A stretch of 64,000 nucleotides of DNA. Source: Thermoproteota archaeon. GTDB lineage: Archaea > Asgardarchaeota > Njordarchaeia > Njordarchaeales > Panguiarchaeaceae. The stretch covers positions 191,408-255,407 of the forward strand of contig JANJXX010000001.1 in the NCBI GenBank assembly GCA_024720975.1, in the 5' to 3' direction. A model generated the notes under the pieces. The model made no database searches. It had not been told where the DNA came from and saw only the letters and a program-made list of their open reading frames with translations. The number at the start of each line of letters is the position of its first letter. Positions within the stretch are counted from its first letter, which is position 1. The translations under genes and the position numbers were made by a program. Shown here one piece after another: positions 30,219 through 40,410 of this stretch.

Positions 30219-31310
30219 ATGAAGCACCAATTAAAATTGTTTACAGCGGGACCCGTAGCTTGTTTTCCTGAAGTTTTGCAAGTAATGTCTAGCCAAATGT
30301 TTAGTCATAGAAGCCCAGAATACCAAGAACTTCACTCAGAAACCGTTGAGCTACTCAAAGAATTCCTAGAAACAAAACAAACCGTGCTTCTTGTTCCAAG
30401 CTCAGGCACGGGGCTCATGGAAGCATCAATTCGCAATGCGGTATCACCGAACGGTAAGGTCCTAGTGACAGTTATCGGGGAATTTGGAGAGCGATACGCC
30501 AAAGTTGTAGAATCAAACGGAAGGACAGCTATAAGGCTTAAGTTCGATCTTGGGGACCCTGTTAACGAGGAGAAACTAAAGGAAGCGCTTGATAAATATC
30601 AGGATGTAGAAGCCGTCACAATAACTCATAATGAAACCTCAACCGGCGTTTTAAATGACCTACCTAGACTTGCTCAAATAGTGCATAAATACGGCAAGCT
30701 ATGCTTTGTTGACGCTGTGAGTTCCTGCGGCGGTACGGAGATAAAATTCGACGAGTGGAAAATTGATTTCCTATTTACAAGCTCCCAGAAAGCGCTAGGG
30801 ATTCCACCCGGACTAGCATTCTGCGCTGTGAGTGATAAAGTACTAGAAGTCGCCGAAAAAATACCCAATCGAGGATACTATTTCGATCTGCTACTCTACG
30901 TTAAGGAGCAAAAAGAAAGAAAGAGCACTCCAACAACTCCACCTATTCCCCAAATCATGGGCTTAAACGTTATGTTGAAGAAGATAAAGAGTATGGGCAA
31001 AGAGAATTGGTTTCACATTTATAAAAGAAGGGCAGAAAAAATCAGAAAGGGTGTCTTAGATATGGGCCTTAGACTTCTGGCAAAACCGGGATACGAGAGT
31101 CCAACAATAACTTGCGTTCTAACACCAGAAGGCGTTGGCCCCAAAATTTATGAGAAGATGCGAGATCGTGGATTTGAGCTAGCTGCTGGTTATGGTGAAT
31201 TGAAGAATCGCAGTTTCAGAATAGGACATATGGGATACATACTAGACGAAGACATTGATGCTATGTTAAATACTCTTGAGAGCGTCCTAAGAGAATTGAA
31301 TGTTATATAA
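30219..31310 (+). CDS. Class V PLP aminotransferase (serine-pyruvate/alanine-glyoxylate type)
   Basis: HNETSTG, VDAVSS, SSQKALGIPPG, FRIGHMG. Confidence 0.92.
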   Translation: MKHQLKLFTAGPVACFPEVLQVMSSQMFSHRSPEYQELHSETVELLKEFLETKQTVLLVPSSGTGLMEASIRNAVSPNGKVLVTVIGEFGERYAKVVESNGRTAIRLKFDLGDPVNEEKLKEALDKYQDVEAVTITHNETSTGVLNDLPRLAQIVHKYGKLCFVDAVSSCGGTEIKFDEWKIDFLFTSSQKALGIPPGLAFCAVSDKVLEVAEKIPNRGYYFDLLLYVKEQKERKSTPTTPPIPQIMGLNVMLKKIKSMGKENWFHIYKRRAEKIRKGVLDMGLRLLAKPGYESPTITCVLTPEGVGPKIYEKMRDRGFELAAGYGELKNRSFRIGHMGYILDEDIDAMLNTLESVLRELNVI

Positions 31311-31443
31311 ACACTCTCTACTTGCTCTGAATAGCGACTCCTACTTTTTCTTAATTTCGCTGATCCGAGGAAGTAAAGTACATATCCCTTAAATAGAATA
31401 CACAATCAAGAAAATCCGCTAAAACTTTCTATTAGTATGTCTA

Positions 31444-32529
31444 GTGATTGTTATGGAGCCGATTATTATTGATGGAAGCTATGGAGAAGGAGGCGGTCAG
31501 ATTTTTAGGAGCTCCCTCGCCTACGCTTCTGTTGTACTTAAGCCGGTGAGAATAATAAACATTCGCGCTAAGAGGGATAACCCCGGCCTTCGACCCCAAC
31601 ATCTGACTGTACTCAAGGCTTTAGCTGAAATAACGGATGCTAAAGTGCATGGTGCACAGATAGGGAGCATGAATGTAACATTTGAACCAAGACAAATTAA
31701 AGGTGGTAATCACAGATTCGATGTTGGAACGGCTGGCTCCATCTCGCTCGTACTTCAGGGGATATTACCCGTACTCTTATTTGCTGATAAGGAGTCACAA
31801 GTAGAAATACGTGGGGGTACCGACGTTCCTCTAGCCCCACCAATTGACGCCATTAGATTCGTTCTAAATCAAGGACTTAAATTAATGGGAGCTAACATTG
31901 AGATTGAACTCATTAGACGTGGACACTATCCCCGCGGAGGGGGCCTAGTCCGCGTTTATGTTGATCCAATAGACCACCTAAAACCTATAGTTCTCACAGA
32001 ACAGGGCAAGGTAAATATTATTCGCGGAATAAGTCATTGCGTGAAGCTACCTGATCATGTTGCAAAGAGGCAAGCAGCTGCAGTTGAGAGATTCTTTAAA
32101 GAAAAGAATTATCGCACGGATATAGAACTCGAATACTACAAACCAGATGAAGATCCTCACTTAGGGCCAGGTTCTGGTATCGTTTGCTGGGCAAAAACAA
32201 GCACAAAAGCGCTACTTTCTGGAGACTCTCTGGGTGAAAGGGGAAAACCAGCAGAGGATGTTGGAACAGAGGCTGCTCGTGAGTTATGGGATCAAATAAC
32301 TAAGGGCGGCGCCGTTGATAAACACCACACTGATCAATTAATTATATTCATGGCCCTTGCAAAAGGAGTTTCTATAATTAGAAGCTCCGAAATTTCCCTG
32401 CACACACTGACTGCGATACACGTTGCTAGCAAGATCGTCGGCGCTGAGTTTAAGGTGGAGGGAAATTTGAATACTTCCGGAATCATACAGGCTAGTGGTA
32501 TAGGCTTTACTGGTGGCAAGCTATATTAA
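31444..32529 (+). CDS. rtcA: RNA 3'-terminal phosphate cyclase
   Basis: IDGSYGEGGGQ, PGLRPQH, GGTDV, RGHYPRGGG, DQLI, H..T. Confidence 0.95.
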   Translation: MIVMEPIIIDGSYGEGGGQIFRSSLAYASVVLKPVRIINIRAKRDNPGLRPQHLTVLKALAEITDAKVHGAQIGSMNVTFEPRQIKGGNHRFDVGTAGSISLVLQGILPVLLFADKESQVEIRGGTDVPLAPPIDAIRFVLNQGLKLMGANIEIELIRRGHYPRGGGLVRVYVDPIDHLKPIVLTEQGKVNIIRGISHCVKLPDHVAKRQAAAVERFFKEKNYRTDIELEYYKPDEDPHLGPGSGIVCWAKTSTKALLSGDSLGERGKPAEDVGTEAARELWDQITKGGAVDKHHTDQLIIFMALAKGVSIIRSSEISLHTLTAIHVASKIVGAEFKVEGNLNTSGIIQASGIGFTGGKLY

Positions 32530-32571
32530 AAATGTTTATTTACCTCTATATGACCTTCAGGGGGATTCTAC

Positions 32572-33036
32572 ATGCAAGCAGCCAGTTCAAGATCACAAAA
32601 GACCCGCTTCTACGTACCCTGGATCTTTAAGTACGGCCTGCGACTACACAAGCCCAGATACAGAATAACTAAGGTGTATTTGGGACTCGAGAAAGAATCC
32701 AATCGACTGCTGATCTATGGCCTCTTGATTATTGTTCTTGCTATATTCTTTGGCGGCATATTTATGATTATCTACGAATTTACACCACCGTTAATTGAAA
32801 TCGGTCAAAGACCAGCTCTAATTTACCCTGGACTCTCCCGTGAAACTTTAACTGAGTTTCTATTTATGATCATGATATTCCTGATGGCAGGAATAGGTAC
32901 ATATTTGCTTAGAACCGCAGTTAGAACTGCTGAGGAGGAGTGGAGTACTGTCATATCTATTGGTTTAGTATTGACTCTATTTGCAGTGTTTGGCTTGTGG
33001 GCAATTTTCTCTATGAAGGTCGGCTTATTGAGATAG
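32572..33036 (+). CDS. OSTC/DC2 (OST3/OST6 family) oligosaccharyltransferase subunit-like membrane protein
   Basis: Three TM helices; FFGGIFMIIYEFTPP...QRP...E.L...IFLMAGIG...IG.VL...MK follows the OSTC layout recalled from memory. Confidence 0.7.
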   Translation: MQAASSRSQKTRFYVPWIFKYGLRLHKPRYRITKVYLGLEKESNRLLIYGLLIIVLAIFFGGIFMIIYEFTPPLIEIGQRPALIYPGLSRETLTEFLFMIMIFLMAGIGTYLLRTAVRTAEEEWSTVISIGLVLTLFAVFGLWAIFSMKVGLLR

Positions 33037-33039
33037 TAG

Positions 33040-33888
33040 GTGTTCCTTTTGGAGTACATATACTTTTTCGAAACTGAAGAGCCTCTTATCTTAAAGTTCG
33101 ACTTAGTACCCCTAGACGAACTGCTATTGCATGAAGAGGTTATCGAGGATCATCTTAAAAAACTATCTTGCGCAATTAAGGAAAGTGGTGTTATATCCGA
33201 CCCAGTCATTATTGATGATTACTCCAAGGTTGTTCTAGACGGAACTCACAGAGTTTGCGTACTTAAGGAAATGCATCTAGAATTTGCACCAGTAGTACGC
33301 GTGAATTATGCACACAACGCAATACAACTCAAACGATGGTTCCGTATTTTAGATGGATCTGAAAAGGACATCATCAGCGTTCTAAATAACCTGAACTATG
33401 AGCAAGTTGATCTCCCAAGCATAAACTCGGACCTGCTGGATAGAGAAATTGTGATAGCGAAGAAGAATTCAGCATTTATAATCGAAGCTGGTAAAAATGT
33501 TTTCGAAAAATACTCAGCCCTACGTGAATTTGAAAAGCTGTTACGCAAAAAATGCGTTAGAATTGACTATGTTACTGAAAATGAAGCATTAGAGTCCCTG
33601 TCGCAGGGGAAAATAATAATCATGACGCCGAGAATAGAAAAGCAGGACGTTATCAACTTCGCAAAGAAGAATTTAGTTTTCCCACCAAAGTCAACACGCC
33701 ATGTTTTTAAATTAAGACCCGTGTTTCTCAATTTTCCTCTTAGTTTACTCAAGGAACTTAAAGCTGCGCCAGAAGCCCGCAAAGAAGTTCTAAGGGAGTT
33801 TTTGCTGGAAAGAATACCCCTAGAGATCGAGGGATACCTAACAATAGACAGATTCTATGAGGAGGACTACCTATTGCTGTTTGTTTGA
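33040..33888 (+). CDS. ParB/Srx-fold protein, SerK-like free serine kinase
   Basis: LLLHEE, G.I.DP.I, VLDGTHR, W.R, FPPKSTRH. Confidence 0.7.
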   Translation: MFLLEYIYFFETEEPLILKFDLVPLDELLLHEEVIEDHLKKLSCAIKESGVISDPVIIDDYSKVVLDGTHRVCVLKEMHLEFAPVVRVNYAHNAIQLKRWFRILDGSEKDIISVLNNLNYEQVDLPSINSDLLDREIVIAKKNSAFIIEAGKNVFEKYSALREFEKLLRKKCVRIDYVTENEALESLSQGKIIIMTPRIEKQDVINFAKKNLVFPPKSTRHVFKLRPVFLNFPLSLLKELKAAPEARKEVLREFLLERIPLEIEGYLTIDRFYEEDYLLLFV

Positions 33889-33900
33889 GTTGATTATCGT

Positions 33901-34845
33901 ATGCTGCATGTGATTATATACATTGTTGATGCACTTTCAGTTGATTCAGCATTACAAATAGAAAATGCATTAAAAGAGCTTAAGTCAAACCATCCCTATG
34001 AAATTTTATCGTTTAGAGTAATTCCAGGAAAGGGAGAGATCACAATCCTTGTAAGAGAAAATACACGAGAAGTTATTGACCGCATTAAAAATGAATCAGA
34101 CCGAATCCTGGAGAGGCTTAATCTAAAAATTCAGCAGAGGATATATAGAACTGCTAATTGCCAGTATAATGACACAAAAATTTTGGCTTTAATGTTGATA
34201 CTAGAGGCGTTAATAAACGGCGCTTTGTATAATCCGAGTGAAATAACATCCCGAGGAACTTTCAAACTAATTCGCAGTCTTTTTGAAAAAGATACAAACT
34301 TTCGCATGGCAGCGTTTAAAATTAAGAAGATTGGCCTGTCGAAAGAAGAATTTTTAACTGCTATGACATTATACATGATGGGAAGAAGTGATGTAAGATC
34401 TATCGTTAAACTATGCAGTTGGACACTTAACATTGACTCAGAAGGAGTTATCAAACATCTCAGAAGCTTAGAGTCCCGAGGATTGCTTGAAATTCAAGGC
34501 AAGGATACGGTTTCTCTGCTGCCAGTGTTCAACACAGAAATGGATGAGATTCTATCCATTCTAAAGGACTCATTCAGGAATTTCCACAAGATCGCTGAGG
34601 GAGTAAACTTTGATGAAGTACTCAAAGAAAAGAATGATGAGAGTATATACATTCTAGATCAGGGCTCTATAAAAAAGCTTAGGCTTTCGAAAGTAACTGA
34701 TGCAATTACACTGAACCCCGAGGCCAGTTCACTGAGGGAGGTTCTTCCGCTGATACTTTATCTACTTACTGAAAGTCGAGGCAAGGTCATAAGTAAAAGG
34801 CTTTTTGAAAATATTGTCTCACTCCTTGCAGAGCTAATAAAGTGA
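33901..34845 (+). CDS. Uncharacterised protein with winged-helix and possible C-terminal ATP-cone-like region
   Basis: GLSKEE...L..LESRGLLEI resembles a wHTH; co-directional with neighbours. Confidence 0.45.
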   Translation: MLHVIIYIVDALSVDSALQIENALKELKSNHPYEILSFRVIPGKGEITILVRENTREVIDRIKNESDRILERLNLKIQQRIYRTANCQYNDTKILALMLILEALINGALYNPSEITSRGTFKLIRSLFEKDTNFRMAAFKIKKIGLSKEEFLTAMTLYMMGRSDVRSIVKLCSWTLNIDSEGVIKHLRSLESRGLLEIQGKDTVSLLPVFNTEMDEILSILKDSFRNFHKIAEGVNFDEVLKEKNDESIYILDQGSIKKLRLSKVTDAITLNPEASSLREVLPLILYLLTESRGKVISKRLFENIVSLLAELIK

Positions 34846-34917
34846 ATCTGGTGAGGGATGAGATTATTAATTATTATAAATCCTCATACGTGTCGATCTT
34901 TGTCTTAAGATATTCCG

Positions 34918-36084
34918 GTGAATGAAATGAACTCCCAAAGCACATTAGATAAAACTAGTGCTGATAATGAAGAGCTAGAACAAATCAAAGAGACAATAGA
35001 GATTTCCGCTGACGATCTCTTGAAACAAATAGGAATTAATATGAATGCCTTGACTTCTTTATCAGAAGAAGCAAAAGCTGCTCTCGATGGCAGTCCAGAA
35101 ACTCTACTGCGCTTGCCTCACGATAAAGTCCTTGAAGATCTCAACAAAAAGCTGAAGGAGATCGAAGAGGCATTCGATAAAATAGTATCTGTTAGAAACG
35201 AGATACTATCGAAGCTTAAAGAAGAAAAAAGTAAAAGAGATGAATTTAATGCAAAAGTTAAAGAAATTGTAGCAAAGATCAGAGAACTCAATGAGAAGCG
35301 TAATGAACTCCAGAAATATATCGACGCAAGGAGACAAGAATTAGATGCACAACGACAAACATACCGAGAATTGAGCAACACACTCGAAACACTACAGAAG
35401 AGTCTTGAAGGATTCAGCCTTGGAAAAGAAAGAGCTATAAGGAGCCAAATAAAAAAGTACGAAGGCATACTGGAGAGATTTAATATCCCTCCAGAGCTCG
35501 AGGCAAAATTGACCACAAAGATAGAGGAACTCTCGAGCCAGCTGCAGGGCTTGAAAGAGAAAGAGAAAAAATGGAAAGAACTGAATAAGCTAAAGCGGGA
35601 AAGAGAGAATCTTAGGGATTCCATCGGAACGCTTAGGAGGGCATTAGTCTTATACATCCAAGAACTTAATAAAACAAGAAACGAAATCCGAGAACTTCGC
35701 AAAGAGAGAGATTTCTATAAGTCGAAGGCAGATGAACACCACAAAAATGTTCAAAGACACGCAAAAGAGCTAGAGATTATCAGAGAAATACTCGATAACA
35801 TTAGGGAGATGCGATACACTATATCCAAAACATTAAACAAACTTAGGAAGCTTAAACATCAAATGAAGCAATTCAGAGCCGAAGAAGAGTTTAGAGAGGT
35901 TGTCTTGAAACGGCTGGGTGAGATAAAGTCAAAAATTGAGCACCGCGAGTTAGATCTTCCAGACTTGCAATTTCTCGTGAACTTTGGATTTCTAGCTGAG
36001 GATATATTCGAAACACTGACAGAAACAGCGAGTCCGGAGGAAATAGCAAAACGCGTGGCAAAAGAGCTAGGTTATCAGGTGTAG
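34918..36084 (+). CDS. Archaeal long coiled-coil protein (COG1340-like)
   Basis: E/K/R-rich heptads with KRDEFNAKVKE, KRNEL, ADEHH motifs. Confidence 0.7.
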   Translation: MNEMNSQSTLDKTSADNEELEQIKETIEISADDLLKQIGINMNALTSLSEEAKAALDGSPETLLRLPHDKVLEDLNKKLKEIEEAFDKIVSVRNEILSKLKEEKSKRDEFNAKVKEIVAKIRELNEKRNELQKYIDARRQELDAQRQTYRELSNTLETLQKSLEGFSLGKERAIRSQIKKYEGILERFNIPPELEAKLTTKIEELSSQLQGLKEKEKKWKELNKLKRERENLRDSIGTLRRALVLYIQELNKTRNEIRELRKERDFYKSKADEHHKNVQRHAKELEIIREILDNIREMRYTISKTLNKLRKLKHQMKQFRAEEEFREVVLKRLGEIKSKIEHRELDLPDLQFLVNFGFLAEDIFETLTETASPEEIAKRVAKELGYQV

Positions 36085-36099
36085 CAACTTACGTTGTTT

Positions 36100-36837
36100 T
36101 TATCTTAATTTGAGAGATTTCCTTAGCATTCTGATAGTCTCTAATTTTGACTTTCTAGGTGTTATTTTAAGTGCATTCTCCATGATGTGCTTTACTAGTG
36201 TGAGTAGTCTAGGTATCAACTCGCTATAATTCCTATCATTTATTTCGAAATATACCTCCATCTGGGGAGCAAAATAATCAATTATAAGGTATGCTAAAAA
36301 CCTCTTGAGATTAGCTAGCTCGTAGATAATAAACGAATTTATTAATTTTTGCACAGCAAGAATGTTATCAGTTAATATAAGATAATCTTTATCTAGGTCT
36401 GCAATCCTCACGACTTCTAAACCCTCAGATAGTGTCAATATTTTTTCCAGAAGCTTGCGTCTTCTCTTTGGTACAATTATTAGGGAACATCCGGGCGATT
36501 CCTGCGTTACCAGTTCAACAAGTATGCCATCATTTACCCCTCCGAAGAGTCTAGCAAAGTAATAGCCATAAAACCTACGATCAAACAAAAATGTTTTCCC
36601 TGAGACAGCTAATTGGTTTTTCCCTTCGAAAACCGCTTCAAGAGGATTTTTTATCGAGTATTCTAAGTTAAAACCGAACAATCGCAAGAAGACGAGCTTA
36701 AGTGCACGTTCGTATTTCCTGTGGGTTCTCTGGAGATTCTTCGCACCTCTCCACCAAGCAAGAAAGAACGGTAGTAAGAGTATTAGCGGTGGGATCGATA
36801 GTGCAAGTAAACTTATAATCAGATCTACTATTTGCAT
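36100..36837 (-). CDS. CCDC47 (PAT complex subunit, DUF1682)-like membrane-anchored protein
   Basis: N-terminal TM then RGAKN; colinear segments resembling CCDC47 (see findings). Confidence 0.6.
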   Translation of the reverse strand: MQIVDLIISLLALSIPPLILLLPFFLAWWRGAKNLQRTHRKYERALKLVFLRLFGFNLEYSIKNPLEAVFEGKNQLAVSGKTFLFDRRFYGYYFARLFGGVNDGILVELVTQESPGCSLIIVPKRRRKLLEKILTLSEGLEVVRIADLDKDYLILTDNILAVQKLINSFIIYELANLKRFLAYLIIDYFAPQMEVYFEINDRNYSELIPRLLTLVKHIMENALKITPRKSKLETIRMLRKSLKLR

Positions 36838-36982
36838 ATCATCCCACCTTAACGGACACGGTTAATCTTTCTATAACACAAATTTTGTTCACAAAGACAA
36901 TACTAGTAGATCAATTTTTAGGTTCTCTCGTAGTGGAAAACTGGTCAATTGCTAATTACTACGAAATCGCGATTTCTGATGG

Positions 36983-37525
36983 CTATTGAAGCCCAAAGAC
37001 ATTACTAGCTAGGAACTCATAGAGTTGTGTCCAGCATTCCTCTAAGTTAGAGCCGCTAATGAGCTTATCGAGACTCTTTAGTTTCGATTCCTTTATTTTT
37101 TCCGGCTCTTTGTCTAGTGCAACAAATACAGCTAAGGCGCCCGGGAATAAGTTTTTAAGAACTCGGGAAGCATTTTCTGCATTCATTATGAGTGCCTGCT
37201 TGAAATGAAATTCTGCATATATGAAGCAGACAGGTTTTGGATTCGGTTGAGCCTTTCTATATAATATTATCGCTGGCATTTCTGAAGCGCGTCTTATTTC
37301 ACCGCGGTTGAGCTCTAGATCTAGTGTATCCAATAGAGGCTCTATTGCTGCCTTTAGTAACTTGCCACGATCAACATCAAAACGTTCATCAAGTTCCTGA
37401 TATTTCTTTAGAAAATCCCGTTTGATTAATTGCACGAGGTCTTTCTCGAAATCATTTTTCGTATATTCAACATGCTTGGATTTTTTCTTTGAAACCTTTA
37501 TCACCGGAGCAAACACTAAATGCAT
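36983..37525 (-). CDS. Hypothetical protein (possibly inactive PD-(D/E)XK fold)
   Basis: Unopposed 180-aa ORF; weak MPAIILY...FIYAEF pattern. Confidence 0.5.
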   Translation of the reverse strand: MHLVFAPVIKVSKKKSKHVEYTKNDFEKDLVQLIKRDFLKKYQELDERFDVDRGKLLKAAIEPLLDTLDLELNRGEIRRASEMPAIILYRKAQPNPKPVCFIYAEFHFKQALIMNAENASRVLKNLFPGALAVFVALDKEPEKIKESKLKSLDKLISGSNLEECWTQLYEFLASNVFGLQ

Positions 37526-37643
37526 AGATGTGTATAAATGCTTTTTAATTGTGTATCTTAAGATGAGCTAACTTAACTAAGCAAATATTAAAAATTTTAC
37601 TCCTAAAGTCATAAGAATACGACTATTTCATGACTCACTGGGG

Positions 37644-38876
37644 ATGAACTTGTGGTTGATTTCGACAATAGTAGGCCCTGTAATTCTTGATGACAATGGA
37701 AACGTGATCTCATATAAAATCTACGGTAAGGAAAAACCATCCTTATCGGAGGTCATCGAAGGAATAAAGAAGCTAGAAAAAAAGGAATGTCCTTCAGAAT
37801 TTGAGACACTCATTAAAGAGCAAAACATAGATAGAATAAAAACCGATAGTGAAATCATAGCCGAAATCCTGAAGGGCACTTTTTCCAAGTTGAAGATAGA
37901 AGTTGTGTACGACGGCCCTGAACTTACTGAAGTTCGAAATGGTGTGCACAAATTCCTGGAGAGGTTATTTGGAACTTACGAGAAATACGTTGAATTCGCT
38001 AACGCTACTTTAGTTGAAATAACTCGCGATAAGCTACGCGAAGTAGGCGAAGAACCAGATAAGATGATTATCCAAGCAATAACAATGATTGAGGAACTCA
38101 CTGAAGCAACAAATGCACTAATGGCACATTTAAGAGAATGGTTTGGGATAGTGTTTCCAGAGCTTGGAAAAATTATTGACGATCACCGAAAATTCGCAAC
38201 TATAGTTTACGAAATAGGAAACCCGAGTAGGTTATCTGCTGAGTCAAAAGACAGAGAGGAATATGTCAAAAAACTCGAACAGATACTAGGAAATAAGAAG
38301 ACCGTTGACAGAATTTTGGAAGCCTTAGAAACATCAGCTCCAGTCAAAATAACGGACAAGGACGAGAAAGAGTTACGCTCAGTTGCAAAGTTAGTTCTAG
38401 ATATGTTCAACTTGAGAGACGATCTCGAGACTTACTTGCAAGAACTCATGGAGGATACATGTCCAAACTTGACTAAGTTAGCCGGACCAACTATAGGCGC
38501 TAAGCTTATAAGAAAAACCGGTGGACTCCGACAATTAGCACTTAAGCCTGCTAGTACAATCCAAGTCCTGGGAGCCGAAAAGGCCCTTTTCAGGGCTCTA
38601 CGTGGTAAGGGGACACCCCCAAAACATGGGATACTTTTCACACATCCATTTGTTTTCAGAGCCCCTTGGTGGCAGAGGGGAAAAATTGCCAGAACATTAG
38701 CATCTAAGCTAGCTATTGCTGCAAGAGTCGACTACTTCTCGAAAGAATACATTGGAGATGAACTTTGGAATGAATTACTTCAAAGGGTAGAGGAGATAAA
38801 AAAGAAGTACGCTAAACCACCCCCTGAAAAAATGAAAAGGCCAAAGCCGCGTTTGAGGGAAAAGAAAAGAAAGTAA
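37644..38876 (+). CDS. nop5: C/D box RNP protein Nop5 (Nop56/58)
   Basis: REWFG..FPEL, PASTIQVLGAEKALF, PKHG, RGKIAR.LA.KLAIAARVD. Confidence 0.96.
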   Translation: MNLWLISTIVGPVILDDNGNVISYKIYGKEKPSLSEVIEGIKKLEKKECPSEFETLIKEQNIDRIKTDSEIIAEILKGTFSKLKIEVVYDGPELTEVRNGVHKFLERLFGTYEKYVEFANATLVEITRDKLREVGEEPDKMIIQAITMIEELTEATNALMAHLREWFGIVFPELGKIIDDHRKFATIVYEIGNPSRLSAESKDREEYVKKLEQILGNKKTVDRILEALETSAPVKITDKDEKELRSVAKLVLDMFNLRDDLETYLQELMEDTCPNLTKLAGPTIGAKLIRKTGGLRQLALKPASTIQVLGAEKALFRALRGKGTPPKHGILFTHPFVFRAPWWQRGKIARTLASKLAIAARVDYFSKEYIGDELWNELLQRVEEIKKKYAKPPPEKMKRPKPRLREKKRK

Positions 38877-38979
38877 ACCCCTCTTATCCTTGTATGAAAA
38901 AATTAATCTGAGATTGAGTTTATATTTATTGGTTTTCTGTTATCTCATTTTCGAATTGTACATTGAGATCATCTGTTGA

Positions 38980-40410
38980 GTGGTAGAGATGCCTAGTACC
39001 TTCGTAGAGCTAGTGAGACCATTTGCAAGACTGGTTCCTATAGTAAAGAAGCCTGAGCGAAGCCCAAGTTTCAAACTGAGATTCCTTTACACCGTACTCG
39101 GTGTTCTGATATACCTGCTACTGATGAGTATACCTATCTGGGGAATTGATGTCTCTCAGGGTTACGATATATTCTGGTCCTTAAGAGTTATTTTAGCTTC
39201 ATCAAGAGGAACTCTAGCGGAACTCGGGATAGGCCCCATAGTAACAGGAGGCCTGATACTTGAAATTCTTGCAGGATCTAAGATGATAAATATCGATCTG
39301 TCAGATCCACAGGACCGACGTGCATTCAACGAAGCTATGAGGGGAATGGCTGTAATCATGATCCTGTTTGAAAGCTTAGTCTATATCTCGGGAGGAGCAT
39401 ACGGTTACCTACCTGCAAGTAAGGCATTTGCTGTATTCATGCAATTAGTTTTAGCTAGTGCATTAATACTTATGCTTGATGAAACATTGAGACACTACGG
39501 CATCGGCTCAGGAATATCGCTGTTCATTCTTGCAGGCGTCGCCCAACAAATCTTTTGGGCATTATTCTGGCCCTACGCGGCATCTGATGGACTTCCAATA
39601 GGATTTATTTCAGCTTTAGTGACAGTATTATATGGAAGTGGAAGGATCGAGGAACTACTACTAAGATGGAATAGTCCTGATCTTATAGGCCTAGTCGTTA
39701 CTATCTTCATTTTCATGCTTATTGTATATTTGGAGAATGTTCGTATTGATATACCAGTGGAACATGTACGATTAAAATACAGAGTAACCTATCCAATAAA
39801 ACTCATGTACAGTAGCAATATTCCCGTAATCTTAACCGGTGCCCTTTTCGCTAACATAATGCTATTTTCACAAATCCTCTGGTCACGATTCCCTGGTAAT
39901 TTCTTTGTCGGCTTATTGGGATCGTGGACAGTGCAAGAAACATCACAAGGAGGCAGACCCGTTCCAGTGGGTGGATTAGCACGGTTTACCGTCGCACCCC
40001 AGAGCCTTTTAGCAAGCCTGCATGAACCAGTTCGTGCACTTGGATACACACTCATTATGATACTCTCATGTTGGATGTTTGCTGTCATGTGGGTGGATGT
40101 AGCTGGTCTGGATCCCAAGAATATTGCCAGGCAGCTTTTATCATCTGAGCTTAAAATACCAGGTATAAGAGCGAACATCAACGAAATAGCTGACTACATA
40201 CGTCCTTATATATACACCTCAGCATCCCTCTCCGGCGTCTTAATTGGTCTAATTGCAGCTATTGCAGATTGTCTAGGTGCGTTCGCGACAGGTCCTGGAC
40301 TACTATTGGCTACAAGCATATCGATAGGTATATACCAAGAGATTGCGAGAAGATATCTAGAGGAAGTTCCCGGCGCCTTTAGAAAGTTCCTGTTCGGTCG
40401 AGGCTTTTAG
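38980..40410 (+). CDS. secY: Protein translocase SecY/Sec61-alpha
   Basis: GTLAELGIGPIVT, GIGSGISLFI, YPIKLMYSSNIPVIL, multiple TMs. Confidence 0.96.
   Translation: MVEMPSTFVELVRPFARLVPIVKKPERSPSFKLRFLYTVLGVLIYLLLMSIPIWGIDVSQGYDIFWSLRVILASSRGTLAELGIGPIVTGGLILEILAGSKMINIDLSDPQDRRAFNEAMRGMAVIMILFESLVYISGGAYGYLPASKAFAVFMQLVLASALILMLDETLRHYGIGSGISLFILAGVAQQIFWALFWPYAASDGLPIGFISALVTVLYGSGRIEELLLRWNSPDLIGLVVTIFIFMLIVYLENVRIDIPVEHVRLKYRVTYPIKLMYSSNIPVILTGALFANIMLFSQILWSRFPGNFFVGLLGSWTVQETSQGGRPVPVGGLARFTVAPQSLLASLHEPVRALGYTLIMILSCWMFAVMWVDVAGLDPKNIARQLLSSELKIPGIRANINEIADYIRPYIYTSASLSGVLIGLIAAIADCLGAFATGPGLLLATSISIGIYQEIARRYLEEVPGAFRKFLFGRGF

Noticed and set aside
35118-35702. 194-aa Ser/Leu/Phe-rich antisense ORF
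   Set aside because: Mirror of the E/K-rich coiled-coil gene
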